Part shown: piece by piece, positions 26,179-38,144 of the stretch
Layout of the letters: each line of letters opens with the position of its first letter
Position numbering within the stretch: position 1 is the first letter of the stretch
DNA from: Octopus bimaculoides
Lineage: Eukaryota
DNA length: 48,245 nucleotides
Assembly (NCBI RefSeq): GCF_001194135.2
Contig: NC_068984.1
Location: forward strand, 67,537,634 to 67,585,878
Reading direction: 5' to 3'
Position numbers and translations under genes: made by a program
Notes under the pieces: generated by a model
Told to the model about the DNA's origin: nothing
Seen by the model: the letters and a program-made list of their open reading frames with translations, nothing else
Database searches by the model: none

Positions 26179-26604
26179 GAAATTTATAGACAAAGAAAAA
26201 TGTTAATAAATAAATTAACTAGAAATTTACATTTACAGTATATTCTGTTTGATGAGGATTGCATAAATTATTAGATTCGGTTCAACATAGCTGCCATTTT
26301 GTTGTTGTCTGTGACCATCTCCACGACGTTGATTTCACATTCGATAAAATGTGTAGCATATATAATATTTATTTATCTTTCGTACATAGCAATAAGTTTG
26401 GTTAAAAAGTCGTTATTTCAAATAAATTTCATGAAAAACAAGTACGTTGACTGAATAGTTGAACGTCAGACAGACAGCTTTTATTTTTCGTTCAACATTA
26501 TGAATGGAAGTCCTATGCAGTCACATTTGCACTTCCTCCGGCAATTGATAAATGAAGTACCAATTATTAAGTAGTACATTTTTCTGTTTCTTCCTCTTTC
26601 CCAG

Positions 26605-26775
26605 AAATGGTTACGTTTCATGTATGACGGGATTCGAATGACTGTCTCAGTGACCCTTCCCTTCGGATATGGAAAAAGTCTGAACGAGACCAGTAAAATT
26701 CTCGGAGAAAATATGTATTACTTAAACTATACTTACACAGACATGCAAATTAACATAGAATGGAAAAAATTATAA
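26605..26775 (+). CDS. Candidate coding exon (terminal, or internal if the donor after 26692 is used), unidentified protein
   Basis: One of the strongest acceptors in the window (tttttctgtttcttcctctttcccag|), followed by a 56-codon open frame KWLRFMYDGIRMTVSVTLPFGYGKSLNETSKILGENMYYLNYTYTDMQINIEWKKL* with raised GC in the first half. No family recognised. Confidence 0.4.
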   Translation, partial: KWLRFMYDGIRMTVSVTLPFGYGKSLNETSKILGENMYYLNYTYTDMQINIEWKKL

Positions 26776-28305
26776 CGAAGAAAATAACTCCTTAGATTGT
26801 GAGCTGAAATACCGCCGACATCTTTTTTTTGCCTTTCATTTACTGGGGGTCGGCAAAATAATGTACTGGTCAAGAACTGAAGTAAATAAGATCCCTACTG
26901 TATCCTGTTCTTCCATTTAATGTGAAAGTTTTAAGAAGTTATGTTAATTACAAAAATGGTTCAAAATAAATTAAGTCGAATCCGTATACCCGGTGCTATT
27001 AATTCAATGAAGGATGAGAGTTTGACAGGTCGTTGGAAAGTCGGACAAAAGTACAGGATGTGTTTGTTCTGGCCCCTTAAGTTGAAGTCCCGCATATGTT
27101 TTCAAATTCATATAAGTTTAACTCCTGCGTATGTAACTATATCAAATATCAAACAAATTTTATATCAAGTTTCCGCATTACAGAATTTAATATATTGCAC
27201 AATTGACGTTATACGTAAAATATCCGACAAATGACGTCATAAGTAAATATACGACACATTCTTTATGGAATGTTCATACAGTAAACGATGGTGTTTGTGA
27301 ATGCATAACATGAAATCATTGAAATACTATAACCAATCGTTTCAGTTTTACAGTATTGCTAATAACATATTCACATGAAACAGGAAGAGGTTTGTTCATC
27401 TAATCAATGTTAAATGTAGATAAGTTGTGTAAATAATTGGGTTTTGATGTGTTGAAATAGGCTGGTGAAATATATTTGCAATTTTACATTTAAATTTCAT
27501 ACGTCTCTGATCATGAGAATTAATATTAAGTATATTTTGTAAACTTGTATTTGTTTCAGGGATTTTTTATTCGTAAGGTTACACAATATACGAGCGTACA
27601 AGTAATAAATATTAGTAATACAGTTCTTAAGTGCAAAGAGCAGAGACACACAAGTATTACCAAATAGATATAGATATTAGGAAGGTCTCTTAGTAAATAG
27701 AATTTTGTGTAAACATCCTGCTCATAACTTTCGACAGACGTTTCGTATGGAATCGAGTTTATATCAACAGATTATGTCTATCATTATATACATAAACATT
27801 TTCACATCTGAAAATACATAATATTATTGACTCTGAAACAGAAATACGTTTTACATGCCCCTTCATCTCGGAAATATTATCAATAACACTAATGGAACTG
27901 AACTTAATCACTCAATTCATTTGCTGAAGATATTTGTGTTTGCGTGATTGCAAAGATACCTAACTGTATGATTCAGTATTTTTGAAAATGTTGTTTAAAC
28001 TACATAGTTTTCTTATTATTAATTCATTTTACTGATCAGTATCAACCTATTAAGATAAATATTTTTCACATTATTTCCTCTGAGACGCAAATGATATACT
28101 CTCCTTCAAAGCCATGTAAATATTGTCTATGGTAAAGTACACTATTTAAATAAAGCCATTATTTACAACCCCTTTTAGGAAAAAATATTTCCATTTTCTT
28201 AATAATGAATGAATAATTCTTTTGAGACAAGAACAAGATGAATTTAGTAAAGGGCGACAGTTTGATATTTTATTTACTCAGAATAGTGATATTTTATCGA
28301 TTCAG

Positions 28306-28500
28306 AACGAGTTAACGACAACAATGATATCAGTGGAACAATGAAGACCAAAATTACACAGTATGGCATCTGCTTTACTACTGTTCCCGCTTCTCTAGTA
28401 TACACATTAAGAAATATATTTGCCAATCAAGATACAAATAATAAAAGTATACAAGAAAGAATAATGCTAACAATACTACTTATGATGTTTCTAGAGTTGA
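28306..28500 (+). CDS. Candidate symmetric (phase 1-1) exon, unidentified protein
   Basis: Acceptor ttttatcgattcag|, consensus donor a|gtaaga. The 195-nt segment is open: RVNDNNDISGTMKTKITQYGICFTTVPASLVYTLRNIFANQDTNNKSIQERIMLTILLMMFLEL. Confidence 0.25.
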
Positions 28501-28549
28501 GTAAGAATATAAAATAAAATGAATAATTTAACACACACATACAAATATA

Positions 28550-28763
28550 CAAGGTTGGCCGAAAGTCACCCGACAGTAAATCAAAATTACATAAATACTA
28601 TCAGTAATTCTGTATTGACTCGAATGGAAAAATGTGTCGCTCAAAAGCAACTTTCATGATGTTTCATATTTAGATGCCTTTATTAAATTCATTCACTTGT
28701 TAAACATAAATCTTGGAATTAAGTGGTTTTGATTTGCTGTCGGGTGACTTTTCGCCAACCCTG
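28550..28763. mobile_element. Tc1/mariner-type MITE, 214 bp, about 37-bp TIRs, TA target-site duplication
   Basis: Left: TA-caaggttggccgaaagtcacccgacagtaaatcaaaa. Right: ttttgatttgctgtcgggtgacttttcgccaaccctg-TA. The arms are reverse complements with about 4 mismatches. Confidence 0.92.
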
Positions 28764-28798
28764 TATGCGGTCAGAGAAAAAAATGCTTATGCACAGTT

Positions 28799-28841
<43 letters not shown>

Positions 28842-28843
28842 AT

Positions 28844-28880
<37 letters not shown>

Positions 28881-29401
28881 CGCACAACGTAGGATACATG
28901 TGAAGGCTAACACTAATTTAAAGTACTTAAACTACAGCTTTTAAAGCCTTTAGTGTGAAACGTTAGATATGAATACCATATGTAATTGCTTTGCATGTAG
29001 AAAAATACAGGATGTGCAGGATGCCCTGAGAATTTTCACTTTTCAGTTACAAGGAGATAACGAAATCCGTCATATTTCTATCTACAAAAAAATAATTGCC
29101 AATCAATACTTGAATTGGACATACACGAGAACGTAGCCGTAGTAGCTAGACTGATTTGCATACCTTCTAATTGTCAGCGGCGTGATTAAGTAATATTTAA
29201 CAAGGATAAATTTGTAGTTAAAAATATCGTTTTTAAAAACTTCGCTCTGAAACATTTAAGAAATGCAAATACATCTTATTGTTTTCACACATTCAGACGT
29301 CGAAAGTATCCATTCTTGACTGTTTTAACAGTACAAAGTGTTAATCAGTTTAGGAGGACTATTAACTGCATCGATTTGTACCTTCCTATTGATCAAATCA
29401 A

Positions 29402-29545
29402 TTACTGGAAGTAAAAATGTGCCATGCCTTCTGATACAGGAAAACATCTACATGGTCACACACAGTGGTCGAAATAACTGCAAGTTCTTCCCAAAAACAT
29501 TCACAGTCCTTCTTAAAATTGAGTGTTTGTGGCCTGCAGGGTTTT
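29402..29545 (-). mobile_element. Possible decayed APE endonuclease fragment of an RTE-like LINE
   Basis: The minus strand reads RPQTLNFKKDCECFWEELAVISTTVCDHVDVFLYQKAWHIFTSSN, loosely resembling 'YAPQ......K..FWEEL..V......E.L...GD.N.H.G'. The key GDFN motif is absent. Confidence 0.25.
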
Positions 29546-31869
29546 CGCTATAGTTCTGCTTGATTAAGGGTAAACAGCAACATAATGGCTGCAAAACACT
29601 GAATGTATTTTACTTTGGATGCTACAAAAATTTTTCTATTATATTTAACTGCATAATTTTCCATCTGGCTCTTGCATATTAAGTTTCGCCAGATTTTCGA
29701 TATTAAAGTATGATGTTAAATAAACAATAATGGCCTGAGAGGATTAATTTATTATTCGCAGCGTTTAGAACTAGACAGATAAATTAATCAAAGTATCTTC
29801 ACCAGCCATCGGATGAAGACTTAAAATCAAACATTTTATATCAAGGAACATACCGACAGAAAGCTAATAAGAATTTCTTATTTAGGCACAAGGTCAGAAA
29901 TTTTGTGAGGGCGGGTAATCAATTATATCGATCAGAGAACTTTATATTTTTATCGATCTCGAAAAAATAAAAGAAAAAACATAATAAAGAAGGAAATTAT
30001 TCTCTTAATAAAGCTTTCGCTAAAATGTCTTGGAGAGTATATTTTTGGAAGTGGTATATAATTCGCAATAGTATATCTAAACAGTTTTGTTTTCGTAATA
30101 TGATAAAGTTCGTATCCTGTTATTTTTAACGTCAATATTTGCTCATTATAGTATCTTATAAAATCCAGAAACCTCAATAGGTCACTGAAACGAACATCAA
30201 GGAAACATAGTTCATTATTGCTGGCTGTTAGTCACCCAAAATAAAGTTGCTGAAGACACTAAAGGAACAGCTAACATATTCGATTAAATGAGCAATGCCC
30301 ATAATGATAAGAGAAATATTATTTTAGTAATTATTGGTACCTGATCAAAAAAGCATAGTAGACGACACAATACTTTATACGAATTTAAATTAAAGAAATA
30401 TAGAGTAGGGAATGTTTCATTTTTGAAAGTACAGTCACATCTCTGAACGTATTTTGATTTTGTTAGACAACATCAGCGAAACATATCCTAGCCGTATTAA
30501 AAGAACTACGAATGCTTAGAAAATATACATGGATTTTCGGGAGTGTGATGCCATAATTCAAAGTAGTGACTAAGGAAAAATACAAATAGAACGAGACATT
30601 ATTTGCATTAAAATCTAAACGAAAAGTGGACGCTAACAAATTGAAATTAGTGAATCGAGAAATGATTATACCTATTTCTTTCTCTTACGCAGTACTATGA
30701 TAAACTTCATATCGTTTACTAATGAGAAATATCTAGAAACAGTTGGTGTATGCTTTATTGACATTAAAACAGAAAGTAAAGTGAAAGGGAATCTTTTTAT
30801 CTTTTGAAGAAAACTGGCATCGTAAATTAAGCGAATGAATGAAATACTACAGTATACGTATACAATTGACAAGGAACTTACGTTCTAATCTACAAAGTTA
30901 GCCATACTCACACAATAAGTCTCTCTTATGGCATGTAATCTGTATCAGATCTTGTAATCATTTAGTTGCTACATCACTTATTTACTTCATATTGAATAGG
31001 GAGTATACGTTAATATTGTTACTGCACATCCCACACAATGAAAGTATCGCGGAGGAAACAAAGCAATGATAATGTATTCGAATAATTATCCAAAGTCTAA
31101 AGATTAATTTTCGATATATTGTTTTAAATAAGCAATTTGATTTTTCTGAGATATATTTAAATAAAAATATCAAGTACGAAAAATCAATCAATCCATGCAA
31201 TCAACTAAAGTAATTTGTTTTATAACATTTTATGTTTTAAGGTGAGTGAATTTTCTGATATTTTTTTAGTCAGAAATATTCACCAACCGCTTGAAGCCCA
31301 AAAGAAGCCGAGAGAAATTATAGAGTAGTTTGTAGGTTCATAATTCACAGATAGTCATAAGAATCATAGTCGTGCCGAATTTAGATAAATTAAATGGTAC
31401 TTCTCCATCCCGATATCTGGATACTTAATTACAAATAAACATTATTAGCAAAACATCGTTAATTCCATGCAATCAGTATAACCAAAAAATCAGTATAAAA
31501 CAATTACATTTCTACACGATTGCTTGAAATGTGACAAGTTTGCCTCAAACTGAGTTTTACTGTTTTGAAATAAAAGAAAGAATACACTGGTTAATTGTAT
31601 CTTAGCAATTGTTTGTTATAAAGTTCAGATATAAAAACTACACCAATTCAAGGCATATTTCATGTAATGTCAATTTAGGAAATATATAGCAATTATATTC
31701 CTTTTAGTTCCACAAGAAGTTTACAAATTTTACTCGTAGTAGAAGCACTCAGTACATAAAATTTGTAAACATATACATACATATGCATGTATGTGACAAG
31801 GATAAAATAGAACGCACTCACATTAAATTGCAGATACAGAAATATATGAAGACGTCTTGCAAATAATTT

Positions 31870-31901
<32 letters not shown>

Positions 31902-32045
31902 NNNNNNNNNNNNNNNNNNNNNNNNNNNNNNNNNNNNNNNNNNNNNNNNNNNNNNNNNNNNNNNNNNNNNNNNNNNNNNNNNNNNNNNNNNNNNNNNNNN
32001 NNNNNNNNNNNNNNNNNNNNNNNNNNNNNNNNNNNNNNNNATATG

Positions 32046-32077
<32 letters not shown>

Positions 32078-32722
32078 AGATCAGAATCTACATTATGACG
32101 TAAGAAATAGACTGCTGCTGTAAAATCTAATTTACCGTTAGCAGAAAGGCGATATCTGCTTTAATATTATTCATTCATTTATTCAGCATTTAATTGAATC
32201 CGTGAATTAAATGTGTACATATAACGGAGTGATAACAGAGGTGTATAGAAATTGGTTTTCGTTAAATGGAGGCTTATCAAAGCAAAATATAAGCAAATTC
32301 TTCGCACTCTTCCATTTTCATCAATGGTTTATGATAATTGGAACTTTTTAAATTTGCAATAACTTTCAAATACAAGAAGCATCGCAAACAAGTGCTGCAA
32401 AATATGAGAACGTTTACATAGATCTAAAGTTTAGTACAAATACAATCGGTTTTCATTCGGTAATCTCATCTTTGCGATAAAACAAAAAAGTGCTTCAAAC
32501 AGTGTGGACAACGTTCCTTACTTACAGTATACATCCGCATATGCATTTGAGTCTTTCGTTTTTTCCTCTATGGTAAAACCGATGCGAAATTGTAAGGTTA
32601 TACTGTATAAAATAGTGCAATTTATCTATAAATATCGTAGTATGTTCATCAATTGGGAAGTAAATACAAAGCAAAGAATTATTTTCTATAGATACAGACA
32701 TAAATATAATATTAATATAATT

Positions 32723-32936
32723 GTTTCCAGTTTAGGCACAAGGTCAACAATTTTTAGTTGAGGAGTTTACTCGATAACACTAGCTCTATTATTTAACTTG
32801 TACTTTATTTTATTGATTTCTGGAAGATGCAAAATTAAATTGACTTCAGCAGGTTTGAACTTAGAATGTGAAAAACTGGAACAAATAGTAAAAAGCATTT
32901 TCTCGTATTGTAGCAGATCTTCCAAACTGTCGCCTT
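32723..32936 (-). mobile_element. SINE family A, old diverged copy
   Basis: 'gtttccagtttaggcacaaggtc...caggtttgaacttagaatg...aagcattttctcg...cgcctt'. Confidence 0.75.
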
Positions 32937-33970
32937 ACATAGCATTAATATGATATTGAGCATATAATATGAAAATGGAGGTAATGCAGTTAATTTCAAA
33001 ATAAATTTCGAATATTCAATATACTTTCAAAATAGCTAACTAAATGACTAAATATTTTCGAAAGATCTTTACAGCTTGACAAAATATTGGTATTACATTC
33101 TACTGTAAAGAAAGCTAATACATTCTATCTCTCAGTCGAAATATATCCATAAAACGTTATTGATATGGCATGAAAGAAATAGGAGAGACGTTCCAACATA
33201 TAATCGATTAGTTTGTTAAAATATTCTTAAAGCAAGTATAACGTAATATGTAGCGGTAGAACATCATTTTACCCTCTACGGCATAGTATAAATGAAAGTC
33301 AGTGGCTTTCTTAGGACTGGAAGATATATGCACCGAACATAAGAAAGCAATTACAATTTGACGACAGGAACATAATTCATAATGTATTTCATTGAAATTT
33401 TAGAATGATTTCAGTTATCACAGTTTTCTTTTCTTTTTTCTTGCTGAGACAGACATGATGACGATTATTCACCAATCGAATACGTTCATGAAATATCTTT
33501 TAACACGCAGGAGAATGGTGAAACGAAATTAAGTAACTTTGGAGTGATAGGCATGTGTCAAAAATCTTGTTTCTAAGACGACTCTGAAAATCTATCATGT
33601 TACATAACGAAGGTTAAATGTAAGAACCGGTATATGACAACAATCTATTGAATTGAATTTGAACACATTGTTACGTGTTATTGTCAGAATGACCTAATAC
33701 CAGAAAAGTTATATATTTTCGGTGTTTTAAAGGAAATATTTCAACATAACGAAACGTAAAACTGAATTTGTTTATTAGTCTTTTATGCTTGGTTTCGAAC
33801 AGCAACAGCATCCATGAATTTACTGATGTTTTAAGAAATTCTCCAGTTATCGCCAGGTTAGGTCTGAGGGAAGCAACCTGGAGATAACCGTTAAGAAATT
33901 TTAAATCTAGTGAATGGGAGCGAACTTGTACAACTACAATACAAAAGTCAAACCTGTAGTATTATAATCC

Positions 33971-34105
33971 TTTCTACTGGATGCACAAAACTTCAATTTT
34001 GGGGTTAGGGAAGTATCGACCCCAATGTTTCAATGGTACTTTATTTATCGACCTCGAAACGATGAAAGGCAAAGTTGACCTTAGCGAAATTTGAGCTCAG
34101 AACGT
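33971..34105 (-). mobile_element. SINE family A, 5'-truncated copy
   Basis: 'ggtactttatttatcgacctcgaaacgatgaaaggcaaagttgaccttagcgaaatttgagctcagaacgt'. Confidence 0.85.
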
Positions 34106-34132
34106 AATAATAATGATAATAATAATAATAAT

Positions 34133-34340
34133 GTGAGCTCGGAAATATTTTTCAACGCCAGACAAGATACTTTTATTTCGTCCATTTTTACGTTCGGCAT
34201 TCTAATTCCGCCAAGGTCGATCTCGTCTTTCATCCTTTCAACGCCGATGAGATAAGTTCCTGTTGAGTACTGGGGCTGTTGAATACTGAGTACTTGCCAT
34301 TTCCCACCAAAATTTCTGACCTAGTGCCTATAATAGAAAC
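34133..34340 (+). mobile_element. SINE family A copy with (ATT)n tail
   Basis: 'ttccgccaaggtcgatctcgtctttcatcctttc...ccaaaatttctgacctagtgcctataatagaaac' followed by (ATT)n. Confidence 0.85.
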
Positions 34341-34341
34341 G

Positions 34342-34418
<77 letters not shown>

Positions 34419-34470
34419 GATCATCATCATCATCATCATCATCATCATTATTATTATTGTTGTTGTTATT
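34342..34470. repeat. Compound microsatellite (ATT)n-(ATC)n-(ATT)n-(GTT)n
   Basis: Directly visible between two SINE-A copies. Confidence 0.97.
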
Positions 34471-34473
34471 AAC

Positions 34474-34687
34474 GGCGGCGGGCTGGCAGAATCATTAGTG
34501 CGCTAGACGAAATGCTTAGCAGCATTTCACCCGTCGCTATGTTCTGAGTTCAAATTCCGCCGAGGCCGACTTTACCTTTCATCCTTCTTGGGGGTCGATG
34601 AAAATAAGTACCAGCTCAAAACTGGGGTCGATGTAATCGACTACTCCTCTCCTTCCAAATGGCTGCCCTTGTGGCAAAATTTGAAAA
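34474..34687 (+). mobile_element. SINE family A, best-preserved full-length copy, with (ATT)n tail to about 34725
   Basis: Head 'ggcggcgggctggcagaatcattagtg' (A-box-like), B-box 'gagttcaaattcc', central 'gaggccgactttacctttcatccttcttgggggtcgatgaaaataagtaccag', 3' 'cccttgtggcaaaatttgaaa'. Confidence 0.95.
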
Positions 34688-34727
<40 letters not shown>

Positions 34728-35320
34728 AATAATAGAACTTCAAGTCAGAAAAGCATATTGATCCTATGATCAACAAATATGCTTTGTGTTATATCTGCTT
34801 TGCCGCAGACCAATATCTCGTATCACTAAAAGAAGATTAAAGGAAGAACACAACATATATTGAACATGAAATTAAAGCATAACTAAATTTTTGTATAAGT
34901 TCAATCGTTACGTAATTTTTCTCTATATTCTTGAATATAAATTGGAATATTCTTTGCTGATATGTAATGTATATATGTCGAATAAAGAGGAAATGAAATG
35001 CTAATCTATATTTTTTTAAACTTCTCTCAAATAGATACTTAGATGCTTTAGTGCTATCACTGTACATTAAAATACGTTCATTATTGATAAATGGGAAAGA
35101 AGAATGAAATATAAATTTAAATTATCAAACGTTCTTTTAGATATAAAAGTAGTGAAAATGTCCATGTTATGAACATAAAAAATATACATTCATAGCTATA
35201 GTTATAAATATTAATCAACGAACTAGTATTCACATACAGATGTCTATAATGTTTACAACCAAGGAGGGAATGTCACATCCACATGCAACACGTGCGCCCA
35301 CACACACACATGCAGATATA

Positions 35321-35358
<38 letters not shown>

Positions 35359-36910
35359 CATACATTTATACATATATGTGTGTGTATGTAGGAGGAGAAA
35401 GGGAGAATATATATCATGTGAAACTAGACATGTATGCATTAAAGAAAGATGCGAAGTTACGTATGCAAACATAGTATAGCTATTCACTCAGGAAATCATC
35501 ATTGGTATACACATCAAACTAAAATCAAAGACGACCAGCATGCTAGAAATCATCGATTGCTGGAACGTAAGATGTCATTGAATCCAATGTTGGAAGTAAT
35601 CTTCCATAATGAAATAAAAAGTAAACTACATACATTTGTTCAAAACATGTTAAAGCAGTCAAGTTTCTTTAAGTTTGTAAGAGTAATTTGGAAGACTTAT
35701 AATGTTGATAAAAAAAAAAATTGTATCGCATTTTTTCGTAAAATATTTTAATGTTTTTGTAGGTTTCGTTCATGGAATGTGGACCAACATAGGCACTTAC
35801 AGATCAAAGACTGCTAATTTTATTTGATGTTTTGTTCCTTCCATCAGTATATATGTTGATATATGTCTGATACATATCAAATAAATTCATTTTATTCATT
35901 TGCCGTTAGAGAATATTCGTCCTTAATTGCCTCTCAGACTTGTAACAAAATATAATGGTATCTCAAAGCTGTTACCATGAAACATATTGATAACGAAAAT
36001 AAAATAAAATAAAATAAAATAGATATTCTGCACTGCATTTGCATTATATTACTTAAAGCAACAATATGAGGAAATATCATTTCAAGCATTCTGGCCACTT
36101 TCATCTCTACATGGCCTGTATAAGTTTGTTACTCACTCTAAGATATCTTTCATTATCAAATCACATTAAACAGAAAATAAGTTTTCTTTTTTTCTACTTT
36201 CGAACCCTTATGAATAATAACAACTGTAGAAGAAGTGCTTGTATATGACACGCTTTTAAAGAATTAAAACATTCTCTGATGAATATGAAAGGTGCAATAA
36301 AGACGAAAATCGATTATATCGACGTTTGAGGTTGAAGGAAAAAATGTTATAACGAAATGAAGAAGATAAAATATACAGAGAAAACAATCACACAATATTG
36401 ATAACTTTAATGGAATTTGGCAAACTGAGCAGAATTGTCACCTACAGCAATAATAAAAAAAAGTTTCAGGAAGTTGCAATATTGTTTATGTCTCCTTTTT
36501 GTGGTGAATCATGTAGTTCTATGACTGAATGTGCAGAATAATGAGAATGACAGTCTTGTTCAAACGCTCTTTTCAAATCATACTGCTTCAGTTATAAATA
36601 ATAGAAGCATTAACTACCTACAAATCCATATGGTGCAATAATGAGCCACGTTTCTCAATAATCGTATGAAAATCAGTTAATAAACACAGAGAGTTTGATT
36701 GATACGTTAGGTAATAATCCTCGCTGAGTCTTTCATACTTTTGAGATCATTAAAAAATATAGCAAACCAGTGGTGGATAGACGGAACTGTTAGTGTCAGG
36801 CAAATGTGTTTGCAATATCTTTTATGGGCTTTTGCATTCCGATAGTAACGCATGCCACGATTATGTTGTAAAGCTATAACGGCCCTAAGTCGGCAGCCAT
36901 TCCTCTAAAC

Positions 36911-37238
36911 CAGGTGTTCTCAAAGATATTTTATCTATGAATCCCTTTGATTGCTGTTTTATTCTGGTGGACCCCCATAGCCATTCCATGTTTAAAAACT
37001 AGTCTTATAGAAACTTTTTTTCAAAATTCCTATTTTGTTTTTCATGCATTAACTCGTGTAGGTTGAACTCTGCAAAATATTAGGGAACGAAACCTAGCTG
37101 TTTCTTGCAATACATACCAATACATACATCTAAAGCAAAATATTTCAGGGGTCCATCAAATACCATTGTTGGATCCCAATTTACTGTTTAGTTGCATGAA
37201 CCCTCAGGGGCCATATGAAACCTGGTTGAGAACCATTG
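36911..37238. mobile_element. hAT (Charlie/Buster-type) MITE, 328 bp
   Basis: TIRs caggtgttctcaa / ttgagaaccattg (cf. CAGTGGTTCTCAA). Near-perfect 8-bp TSD ctctaaac (36903-36910) / ctctaaat (37239-37246), which fits the NTCTAGAN-type preference of Charlie elements. Confidence 0.9.
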
Positions 37239-37879
37239 CTCTAAATAAACAACAATGACCTGGAGAGCAGTGTTATTCCTGAATGATCAACTAGATGTCT
37301 TCACTAAATCGTCTTTTGGTCTACGAACATATCTCCACTTTTACAAATAAGGACCCTTATCTATTTGTATATCCATCTATCCACCCGTCCATCCATATGT
37401 GTAGGTTTCAAAATATATAGTGGTTTAATTTTATCTCAGTCGAGATATAAATAAAGGAATCAATGAAAACGATTATCATTGCCATTAAGTACCGCATTTT
37501 AGATAAGATAAGTATATATTCATAGACCGCAGACTCTAAAAGATAAACAACAAATTCTTTGACAAGGATGAATGTTGTATCCTCTCAAAAAGAACGGGAA
37601 ACAACAACTGACTTTTTCACTGCACTTGGTCATTACTTAGCGAAGCATTGATTTCACCTTCTTGATTGTGTTGACAGGCATTAAAAGGGTGTGCAATAGC
37701 CTACAAAACTGAACAGTTGTAAAAGGGATACAATACGACTTCTCATAATATCGCTGAGTAGATGCGTTTCGAAGAAGTACAAATAAAAGAGAAATATATC
37801 TGAAGGTGTCTCACCTATTATCTGACACAACAGCAACAGTATCACCAACAGTAGCAGCAATAACAACAACAACAACAAC

Positions 37880-38004
37880 GGTTCCAAATTTTGGCACAGT
37901 GCCAGCAATTTTAGTGGAAGGGTAAGTCGGTTACATTATCAGCAGTGTTCAACTAGTACTTACGTTATCGACCCGAAACGATGAAAATCTCCCTCGTTGG
38001 AATT
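37880..38004 (-). mobile_element. SINE family A, 3' half; its tail has become (CAA/CAG)n at 37830-37879
   Basis: 'ggttccaaattttggcacagtgccagcaatttt...agtacttacgttatcgacccgaaacgatgaaa'. Confidence 0.85.
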
Positions 38005-38126
<122 letters not shown>

Positions 38127-38144
38127 TATCATTAAGGTCGCGAG

